DNA of 64,000 nt from Chloroflexota bacterium. GTDB lineage: Bacteria; Chloroflexota; Dehalococcoidia; Lucifugimonadales; Lucifugimonadaceae. This document shows, in pieces, positions 57,130 to 64,000 of the stretch. A program made the position numbers and the translations under genes. The notes beneath the pieces are model-generated. The model saw nothing but the letters and a program-made list of their open reading frames with translations, was not told the origin of the DNA and ran no database searches. Position 1 is the first letter of the stretch, and every line of letters begins with the position of its first letter. The stretch covers positions 203 to 64,202 of the forward strand of contig JADFLG010000002.1 of the NCBI GenBank assembly GCA_022564545.1, in the 5' to 3' direction.

Positions 57130-58402
57130 TGGTCACCTCCATCATTCCGAACTGACGCAGCAACCGCCGCCTGCCCCGTTCCATGGCGTAACCGATTCCG
57201 AGCAGGAGCAGGCCGCCAACGATGAACGCCAGCGACGTGTCGAGCATGTCCACGGTGAGTTCGATATATCGCGTTGATAGATCGATCACGAAGAAGACGA
57301 TTCCTACGTTTACCAGTGCTTCGCGCTTGTTCACGATTCCAAGCACGATTGACCCGAAAATGAGGAGTACCAGGAGCAGGTTAAAGCCGATCACGTAAGG
57401 CCCGGGCGAGCTGAACGGCATCGTTGCGATCAGCCAGCCAGACCCTATAACGAGAGCGACAACACCCGGCTCGGCGAACCTCGAAACGAGTTTTTCGCCG
57501 GAGCGGACCGAGTTCCAAACGTTGACCACGATAGCGGCAATAGAGATTCCGGAGACTATTGCGGCCAGTGCCAGGTACGGGCCGGTCAGCGCCGGGCTGC
57601 GACTGCTTTGCAGTTCGTTGAACACCCCATCGAATGTGAGCAAATAGGTCAGTCCGATGGCCAGGAGTGCGCCACCGATCAGGTATGGCCCTGCATAGAA
57701 TTTGAGATTTTCTCGGCGCAGGTGCAGCATCCCGATGGCATATATCGCGGCGGCTGTGAGGATCAGGGTCCCTATGACCAGAAGTGCACTATCGGCGTCG
57801 TCGGTCTGTGACGCAGCCTTCCACGAAATCCCGACCGTGAAGATGCCGACGGCCATGACCGTGATCGGCTTCGACCGGGTGATATAGGCGAGCGGCAGTA
57901 TGCCGAGGAACCACCAGATCAAAAGGTCGGGGTTGTCGGTGGCGAGGTGATAGCTCTGTGCCACCAGGAACACGTTTGCGCCAAACCATGCCGCGCCTGC
58001 GAACATGATCGCCCCGCCGACGCGTGGGTAGCCGCGGACGAACTGGAGCTGGTATGCGGCCCAGAACGTGGTGATTTGACCCGCGAGCAGCAGGAATAGC
58101 TTCGCCATCGCCGGGATGCCGTCCCAGTTGGATGCGACGAAAGAGATCAGTCCGGCGCCTATCAGGACGGCCCCGAGTGTGGACAGCACGACGATCAGCC
58201 TGTTGAACCGGAGTCCGAGCCGGAACCGCGGCGGGCCAACCGACTCGAAATCGAGTATGGCCCGGGACTGTTCGTCGGTGATCAGACCGGATTCCCGCCA
58301 CTGGCCGATCCTGCCCGTCAGCCAGCGGTGCCGTCCGCTGGCCTGGGCATCGGACCGGTCGGTGATTGGACCGGAATCGCTATCTGGAGTCTGTTCCGTC
58401 AT
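57119..58402 (-). CDS. DUF2157/DUF4401-like polytopic membrane protein
   Basis: 427 aa. N-terminal WRESGLITDEQSRAILDF, then about 11 TM helices. Overlaps the GDYXXLXY gene by 11 nt. Confidence 0.7.
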   Translation of the reverse strand: MTEQTPDSDSGPITDRSDAQASGRHRWLTGRIGQWRESGLITDEQSRAILDFESVGPPRFRLGLRFNRLIVVLSTLGAVLIGAGLISFVASNWDGIPAMAKLFLLLAGQITTFWAAYQLQFVRGYPRVGGAIMFAGAAWFGANVFLVAQSYHLATDNPDLLIWWFLGILPLAYITRSKPITVMAVGIFTVGISWKAASQTDDADSALLVIGTLILTAAAIYAIGMLHLRRENLKFYAGPYLIGGALLAIGLTYLLTFDGVFNELQSSRSPALTGPYLALAAIVSGISIAAIVVNVWNSVRSGEKLVSRFAEPGVVALVIGSGWLIATMPFSSPGPYVIGFNLLLVLLIFGSIVLGIVNKREALVNVGIVFFVIDLSTRYIELTVDMLDTSLAFIVGGLLLLGIGYAMERGRRRLLRQFGMMEVTSDA

Positions 58403-58666
58403 GTGTTAAAACCATACTGGAACACCGTTACGCGTTCGCTACTGTTGCCGCGTATGGGCTGGTTCGTTGCCCGGGTGCAGTTACGTATTCGTTGAATAGA
58501 AAGCGGCAAAGAGGACGCGGTTGCCAGCTGGATTGCCGGATTACAGGTATCACCCATCCGGGCTACCGCAGAAGTTTGCTGCGTCATTTGCCAATCACCA
58601 AATCATGCAGGATTGCACCGGACGGCAAAAGGAACGAATGTACTAATCGGGCTAGTACGGATGTAC

Positions 58667-58882
58667 TAAGGAACTATCCCAAAACACATTAATAGGCGAA
58701 GCGAAATTCCTTCTCCCCGGGGAGACGGGTGCCCACTGGTGGGCGCGGTTGAGGGGAATGTTTTCGACCGCGGTGTAGATGCTTTCGAACGGTATTTTCT
58801 ACAGAACAGCTTCCCTCTCACCCGCGCCCCGATTGCATCGGGGCGCCCGTCTCCCTGAGAAGAGGGAGTTTTGGGATAGTTA
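58667..58882. repeat. palindromic MITE/REP-like element, copy 3 (~216 bp, opposite orientation, nested cruciform)
   Basis: AACTATCCCAAAAC ... GTTTTGGGATAGTT termini. The inner arms CTTCTCCCCGGGGAGACGGGTGCCC / GGGCGCCCGTCTCCCTGAGAAGAG and GGGCGCGGTTGAGGGGA / TCCCTCTCACCCGCGCCC pair with each other. Confidence 0.85.
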
Positions 58883-58933
58883 CCGAGCGCTGCTTTTCGT
58901 GGCGATCAGCAGTGTGTCGTTGTGCGACTCTTG

Positions 58934-58964
58934 ATAATGAAAACGTCCCGATAAAATCGGGACG
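58934..58964 (-). terminator. rho-independent terminator after tRNA-Arg copy 1
   Basis: CGTCCCGAT-AAA-ATCGGGACG hairpin, followed on the minus strand by TTTTCATTAT. Confidence 0.6.
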
Positions 58965-58977
58965 CTCGTGATTTCAG

Positions 58978-59053
58978 TGGTACCCCTGGCGTGAATCGAA
59001 CACGCGGCACGTGGTTTAGGAAACCACTGCTCTATCCACTGAGCTACAGGGGC
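58978..59053 (-). tRNA. tRNA-Arg(CCT), copy 1
   Basis: The reverse complement is GCCCCTGTAGCTCAGTGGATAGAGCAGTGGTTTCCTAAACCACGTGCCGCGTGTTCGATTCACGCCAGGGGTACCA. Anticodon loop TTCCTAA. Confidence 0.88.
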
Positions 59054-59062
59054 GTGCCATTC

Positions 59063-59091
59063 ATTCTAAGTTGAGATCGCGCCGGGATGAA
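59063..59091 (-). promoter_or_regulatory. candidate sigma-70-type promoter of tRNA-Arg copy 1
   Basis: On the minus strand, TTCATC - 17 nt - TAGAAT ends about 9 nt before the tRNA 5' end. It is conserved in copy 2. Confidence 0.4.
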
Positions 59092-59403
59092 GTGGCGAAC
59101 GATGGGCACTCGGCCAGATTTGCGATAACTCCCGGAAGCGCCGCATACATCGACAATCGCGCCTAATCGTGTCTCGCCGACGAATTCTATAATAAAGTAG
59201 TACAAGAAATATTTTATTATGGGATAATTTGAGCGGGCGTAGTAAAGCGCTCCTAATCAGGGAAAACGGTCATAGCTAACGATCGGGCCGGAACATTTAT
59301 CACCCAATCGCAGGGATTCAAGTCATTTGCACCTGTCTCACTGAACCCTCCCCCTGAGCTGAAACGGGACGGAGAGTTCAGGCAGCTGGTCGAGTCGGCC
59401 GCG

Positions 59404-60411
59404 TTGGCGGTTGGGCAGCTGGACAGTTTTACGCCGCAGGTCCCGGATCCAGACTTATTCGTCGCTATGTACGTTCGGCGAGAGGCGGTGTTGAGTTCGC
59501 AAATCGAGGGTACTCAGAGCACATTGGATGACGTGCTTTCGTACGAACTTGACCCTGACGTTTCCGGACTTCCGAGCGATGTCGGTGAGATTGTGAACTA
59601 TGTGCGAGCGATGAATTCGGGTCTCGATAGATTGAGCACGCTTCCGCTTTCGCTGCGCCTTCTCAGGGAGATACATTCTGAGTTAATGACAGGTGGAAGA
59701 GGAGCTACAAAAACTCCTGGAGAGTTTCGTCGGTCTCAAAATTGGATTGGTCCAGAAGGCCGACCGATCGAAGAAGCGATTTTTGTGCCGCCATCGGTTC
59801 CAGACATGAATAGCGCGTTGACCGACTTCGAGTCATTTCTGCATGCAGATCACGGCTTGGAAACCCTTGTAAAAATCGGAATAGCTCACGCCCAATTCGA
59901 ATCCATTCACCCGTTCCTCGATGGCAATGGACGCGTCGGGCGCTTGTTGATCACGTTCTTACTTGTGACCAATGGAATGCTCCACCGTCCCTTGCTCTAC
60001 CTGAGCTACTACTTGAAAAGCAATCGGCTCGAATACTACGACCGCCTCATGGCAATTCGAACGAATGGTGACTGGGAAGGCTGGCTGAAATTCTTCCTCA
60101 AAGGAGTCGAACTCACAGCGAAAGAGGCAGCGAATACCGCCCAAACGATCATCGAATTACGCCAGGAGCTTCGTAATGGTGTCAGGGAGGTGAACGGCGG
60201 GCAAAACCAGCTTGATCTGCTCGATTTGCTTTTCGAGACTCCGATAATAAACGTTCAATTCGTGAAGAGCCGCCTCGGCGTGTCTCTGCCGACGGCAAAC
60301 TCGTTGGTAAGCAAGTTTGAGCAGTCGGGTGTACTGACAGAAATAACTGGATTTCGGCGGAACAGGAAATTTCGGTTTGAACCCTATCTACAGTTGTTTG
60401 CCGATGACTAA
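59404..60411 (+). CDS. Fic family protein (AMPylase-type, class II with cis inhibitory helix)
   Basis: Fic motif HPFLDGNGRVGR (59908-59943) and inhibitory motif SSQIEG (59494-59511). The frame is open from 59257 and encodes Fic-like N-terminal sequence before the first canonical start (TTG 59404). Confidence 0.88.
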   Translation: MAVGQLDSFTPQVPDPDLFVAMYVRREAVLSSQIEGTQSTLDDVLSYELDPDVSGLPSDVGEIVNYVRAMNSGLDRLSTLPLSLRLLREIHSELMTGGRGATKTPGEFRRSQNWIGPEGRPIEEAIFVPPSVPDMNSALTDFESFLHADHGLETLVKIGIAHAQFESIHPFLDGNGRVGRLLITFLLVTNGMLHRPLLYLSYYLKSNRLEYYDRLMAIRTNGDWEGWLKFFLKGVELTAKEAANTAQTIIELRQELRNGVREVNGGQNQLDLLDLLFETPIINVQFVKSRLGVSLPTANSLVSKFEQSGVLTEITGFRRNRKFRFEPYLQLFADD

Positions 60412-60525
60412 ATCAGGCGGGATTGCACCGGGCGGCAAAAGGAACGAATGCCCTGATCGCAATGGTACGGATGTGCTACAACGGGCGTTTCGTGCTGAAA
60501 GCAGGGTATCGGTGGGCGAGGATTG

Positions 60526-60558
60526 AAAATAAAAGCGCCCCCGGTTGCTGTTCGGGGC
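60526..60558 (-). terminator. rho-independent terminator after tRNA-Arg copy 2
   Basis: GC-rich CCCCG...CGGGG hairpin, followed on the minus strand by CTTTTATTTTC. Confidence 0.5.
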
Positions 60559-60572
60559 CGTTCGCGATTTCG

Positions 60573-60648
60573 TGGTACCCCTGGCGTGAATCGAACACGC
60601 GGCACGTGGTTTAGGAAACCACTGCTCTATCCACTGAGCTACAGGGGC
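60573..60648 (-). tRNA. tRNA-Arg(CCT), copy 2
   Basis: 76/76 identical to copy 1. Confidence 0.88.
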
Positions 60649-60657
60649 GTGACATTC

Positions 60658-60686
60658 ATTCTAAGTTGAGATCGCGCCGGGATGAA
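60658..60686 (-). promoter_or_regulatory. candidate sigma-70-type promoter of tRNA-Arg copy 2
   Basis: Same TTCATC-17-TAGAAT arrangement as copy 1. Confidence 0.4.
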
Positions 60687-61204
60687 GTGCCGAACGCCTC
60701 GATCCATCGGTCAGCCGCGCCAGTAGGAGACGATCGGCGGTGCTTGATTCTCCCCAGAGAGATCGATAAGCGCGTTTAACTATGGCTTGCCCGAGATGTC
60801 CCATAGTAAAGAAATGCTTCAAATATTTAACTATGGAATTGTCAAAGACGTTGTGGTCAAGCGTTCTTATGTATGGGATTACTATCACCTTGACCATATG
60901 GATGCGGTATCGGCCGGGCGCGCCAGCAAGAAAAGATCATGAAGGGCTGGCTTCACCCGGAGGGATCGTCGGAGCGGGAACGACCGCCGAAGCTGGAACG
61001 ATCATCGAAGCGGCATCATCGCCAAGTTCGGCAGCGTTTTCGTTGATAATCGTCCAGGCGAAACTCGCCAAATACGGTTCCCACCTGAGGGTGCGGGTGG
61101 CGAATGCGACCGGTTTGCACTTCGGGTTCATGAATACGGTGTTGGCGGGCGAACGCCTCTGTTCGGCTAATACTGTGCCGACTGGGCCGCGCTAAATAAT
61201 TCGT

Positions 61205-62704
61205 TCAGATGAACCTCGATCGTTCCTTTGCGCCTGCCGAGTGGTCGATGTAGACGCTGATGGTTTCGGTGAAGAAGTCGAACCCTTCCGTGCCCTGTTC
61301 GCGCTGGCCCGTGCCGGAAGCTCCCAGGCCTCCGAACGGCATGTGCACCTCGCCGCCGAGCGTCGGCGCGTTGACATGGACCATCCCCGTTTTTGCGGTG
61401 TTGATGTACTCGTGGGCCTGGACCAGATCGCGCGTGTAGACCGATGACGAAAGACCGAAGTCGACATCGTTGGAAATGCGTACCGCTTCCTGCAGGTCCG
61501 ACGCACGGAACACGCACAGCACCGGTCCGAAAATCTCTTCCCGGGCGATGCGCATATCTGTCTTCACCTCGGTGAAAATCGTCGGCTCGACGTAGTAGCC
61601 CTCGTCGAACTCGCCGCCCCGCAACTGGTGACCGCCGAACGTCAGTCGCGCACCCTCTTCGGTACCGATTCCGATGTATTCGAGAACCGTATCGAGCTGG
61701 TCCCTGCTTGCAAGCGGTGCCACGTCCTTTGAAGCGTCCATCCCATCGCCAATCGTCAATGCCTTCGTCTGGGCCATCAGGCTTTCCATGAACTCGTTGT
61801 AGATCCCGTCTTCGACGATCGCCCGCGAAGTCGCAGTGCAACGTTGTCCGGTCGAACCGAAAGCGCCCTGCACCACACCCGGGACTGCCTTATCGAGATC
61901 GGCGTCGTTCAGGATGATCGCCGCGTTTTTACCACCCATTTCGCACTGAACTTTTTTCAGCAGTTCAGATCCACGTGCGGTGATCGCGGTGCCTATTTCG
62001 GTCGAACCGGTAAACGAAATTCCACCAACCCGCTCATCTTCCACCAGCGTGTTGCCGACCGAAGCACCCGGTCCTGTCACCAGGTTCAGCACGCCAGCTG
62101 GAAGTCCCGCCTCCTCGAAGATTTCGACCAGCTTCACCGCAGAAAGCGGCGTGGCGGAGGCAGGTTTGTAAACCAGTGTGTTGCCGCAGACCAGGGCAGG
62201 GGCGATCTTCCATGCCGGGATCGCCAGTGGAAAATTCCAGGGAGTGATAATTGCCACGACACCGATCGGTCGTTTCACGGTATAGGCGACCGTGTCGGGC
62301 AGTTCGGAAGGCGTCGTGTAGCCGAACAGCCGGCGTCCCTCGCCAGCGGCGTACTCGATGATGTTCATCGCACGCTTCACTTCGCCGGCGGCATCGGCAA
62401 TCGGCTTGCCCTCTTCGAGCGTTATCGCCCTGGCAAGTTCTTCAGCTCGCCGGGCCATGATGTCGAGCGCCCGGTATAGAATCGCCCCCCGCTGCGGTGC
62501 GGGAGTGCTGGCCCATCCGCTGGCGGCATCGCCAGCAGCTGCGATTGCGTTGTCGGCGTCTTGAGGAAGGCTGGCCTGGAACTGGCCGATCACCTGCGTG
62601 TTGTGGGCAGGGTTCACCACGGGATATAGCTGTCCGGAAACGGAGTCGCACCACACACCGCCGATATAGTTCTGATACGTTCGGGAGGTCCGGTTTTCCG
62701 TCAT
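61205..62704 (-). CDS. NAD(P)-dependent aldehyde dehydrogenase
   Basis: Motifs: [28 protein letters not shown] 62704 has GGAGG upstream ([16 protein letters not shown]...). The track start at 62851 is unlikely. Confidence 0.88.
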   Translation of the reverse strand: MTENRTSRTYQNYIGGVWCDSVSGQLYPVVNPAHNTQVIGQFQASLPQDADNAIAAAGDAASGWASTPAPQRGAILYRALDIMARRAEELARAITLEEGKPIADAAGEVKRAMNIIEYAAGEGRRLFGYTTPSELPDTVAYTVKRPIGVVAIITPWNFPLAIPAWKIAPALVCGNTLVYKPASATPLSAVKLVEIFEEAGLPAGVLNLVTGPGASVGNTLVEDERVGGISFTGSTEIGTAITARGSELLKKVQCEMGGKNAAIILNDADLDKAVPGVVQGAFGSTGQRCTATSRAIVEDGIYNEFMESLMAQTKALTIGDGMDASKDVAPLASRDQLDTVLEYIGIGTEEGARLTFGGHQLRGGEFDEGYYVEPTIFTEVKTDMRIAREEIFGPVLCVFRASDLQEAVRISNDVDFGLSSSVYTRDLVQAHEYINTAKTGMVHVNAPTLGGEVHMPFGGLGASGTGQREQGTEGFDFFTETISVYIDHSAGAKERSRFI

Positions 62705-62971
62705 GTTTATTTGCCTCCGACAGAGATATGTACGGGTTGTCGCTTCCAGCCGGCCCGAATATCTGGGAATTTCCCGCTGGGCCAGGGTGATTTTCCCGTA
62801 GGGATAGTACCCGGATAAGGTCATTACGGGCTGGCGTGAGAGACGTTTCACAGATATTCTGACGCCCGCGAGCGCGGCGTAAAGTTAGTTGCCCGGGTGC
62901 GCGGCGCCCGGGCGCGCCCGGCTCGCCACGCTGCGCAATTGTTTTGTGATTCGACTGGAGAAATCAAGCGT

Positions 62972-64000
62972 ATGTCACCCAACGGTAGTTCAACCGTCAC
63001 CATCCACTCGGCAAAGACGATCCCGGCAATCACGGACCGGTCCGTACAGCTGCCTGAGTATGACCGGGAGCGTCTGGAGGACATTGGCTTCCTGACGTCG
63101 ATGACGCTTGTGTTACTTGGCAACTATCATCAGACCGGCCATTTCGGCGGCCCGACGGCCTATGCGCCGTACACGGTTGCGTGCCACCTGGCAGGCCCCG
63201 AAAACGGCGGCCTGACTTACGATTACCGCCGACCCAAGCACCCGTTCGCAGACAGATTCATGCTTGCCGGTGGACACAACGTTCCAGTGATGTACGCACT
63301 ATGGATAATCATGGGCGAGGCGCTTGACCGAAAGCACAGAGCAACAGGCGACGACCGCTACAGGGCCGACCCGAAGACGTCAATGCTTGCCATTGACGCA
63401 CTCGGGTTCCGTCGCGGTGCTGGCGCACTGAAGACAATTCTTGAAGATAACGACCTTGCCGATCACCCCATAATGGCGCAGGCCAGGATACGTGGAATTC
63501 GTGCGCTGGCCGGACACGCGGAATCCACCGACCTGACCAACGACGTAAATGGCGGTCCGTCCGGTATCGGAATCGCGACTGCCGCAGGTAAGGCCGCCTT
63601 CTGGGACATGATGGGCGCCGACCCTTCGCTCAAAATCATCGCAATCGAGGGTGAGTTCGCCCTTACCTCGGGCCATTCCCAGGAGTTCAAGACGCAGGCC
63701 GTTGCACAGCGTGTCGGCAAGCGACTCCGGGTGCTCCTTTCGTACAACAACGCCGGCATCGACGATGAGCTGGTCGGTAGCGTCGTGAAGGAAGACACGT
63801 ACAGGATCCAGGAACAGTGGTCTTCGTACGGGTGGAACGTAATTACACTTGACGACGCCAATAACTACGACCAGGTCGTGGCGGCGCTCAAGACGATGGA
63901 GGACTGGGACCCTGCCGACCGCCGGCCGATGATCGTTGTTGGCAAGACGGTAAAGGGTTTCTGGCCCGGGGCGAAGGACGGCATGCTGCCGGGTGGCGTG
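62972..64000 (+). CDS. transketolase-like thiamine-diphosphate enzyme, N-terminal part (3' end outside window)
   Basis: Absent from the track because there is no stop in the window. Manual translation: MSPNGSSTVTIHS...TGHFGGPTAY...DRFMLAGGHNVPVMYALW...GGPSGIGIATAAGKA...IIAIEGEFALTSGHSQE...GWNVITLDD...VVGKTVKGFW. Confidence 0.6.
   Translation, partial: MSPNGSSTVTIHSAKTIPAITDRSVQLPEYDRERLEDIGFLTSMTLVLLGNYHQTGHFGGPTAYAPYTVACHLAGPENGGLTYDYRRPKHPFADRFMLAGGHNVPVMYALWIIMGEALDRKHRATGDDRYRADPKTSMLAIDALGFRRGAGALKTILEDNDLADHPIMAQARIRGIRALAGHAESTDLTNDVNGGPSGIGIATAAGKAAFWDMMGADPSLKIIAIEGEFALTSGHSQEFKTQAVAQRVGKRLRVLLSYNNAGIDDELVGSVVKEDTYRIQEQWSSYGWNVITLDDANNYDQVVAALKTMEDWDPADRRPMIVVGKTVKGFWPGAKDGMLPGGV

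Larger units (their letters stand above)
58587..59100. repeat. tRNA-Arg(CCT) repeat unit, left copy (~300 bp plus 216-bp MITE insertion)
   Basis: Collinear with 60397-60695. It contains a fic-3'-end-like segment, the GGATTGCACCGG.CGGCAAAAGGAACGAATG block, a terminator, an identical tRNA and a near-identical 47-bp tRNA upstream region. Confidence 0.85.
60397..60695. repeat. tRNA-Arg(CCT) repeat unit, right copy (uninterrupted)
   Basis: See the left copy. It starts within the last codons of fic (TTTGCCGATGACTAA). Confidence 0.85.

Noticed and set aside
1-64000. Search by eye for CRISPR arrays, integrases, transposases, reverse transcriptases (retron/DGR), restriction-modification genes, toxin-antitoxin pairs and other known defence modules.
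   Set aside because: None found. The only toxin-type domain is the Fic protein, which carries its own cis inhibitory motif and has no adjacent antitoxin ORF.

Overview
This is a bacterial chromosomal window, shown by Pol III alpha dnaE, pheST and tRNAs that encode CCA. The gene content suggests a Chloroflexota, possibly SAR202-like, genome; this is inference only. It rests on a DUF5679 mini zinc-ribbon, an archaellin-like gene, many enolase-superfamily / luciferase-like / aldehyde dehydrogenase / aldo-keto reductase genes, and a heme-copper oxidase operon with a CtaG-type factor.

Layout:
- 1-4.3 kb: M48 peptidase, two enolase-superfamily genes and an AKR (minus strand).
- 4.9-10 kb: pheS-pheT-moeA.
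- 10.4-16.6 kb: acyP plus the oxidase operon ctaC-ctaD-ctaE-coxIV-ctaG (minus strand).
- 16.8-20.9 kb: rdgB, moaA, a double-GNAT gene, rnhA, moaC.
- 21.07-21.96 kb: five tRNAs.
- 22-27.8 kb: MoxR-DUF58-transglutaminase-like operon plus ogt.
- 28.2-31.9 kb: dnaE.
- 32.2-38.1 kb: response regulator, intramembrane-type histidine kinase, PT-rich lipoprotein and a ~1,130-aa repeat protein.
- 38.1-48.5 kb: MFS transporter, M50/CBS protease, a 1,139-aa GAF/PAS kinase, thioesterase, fabI, tandem enolase paralogues, clpS.

From about 48.5 to 61 kb the window looks accessory and rearranged. It holds:
- an orphan archaellin-like gene, an RRM protein and an RraA-like gene;
- a lipoprotein preceded by a 3'-end remnant of a paralogue;
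- a 31-bp inverted-repeat structure and an LLM oxidoreductase;
- a Gfo/Idh/MocA gene bracketed by 39-bp direct repeats;
- a DUF2157/GDYXXLXY pair;
- a Fic gene bracketed by a duplicated ~300-bp tRNA-Arg(CCT) unit. One copy of that unit carries a 216-bp palindromic MITE-like element from a 3-copy family in this window.

I found no CRISPR array, integrase, transposase, reverse transcriptase or recognisable defence system. I cannot name one clear-cut novel system; the best follow-up candidates are in the findings. Coordinates of features absent from the ORF track were counted by hand and may be off by a few nt.
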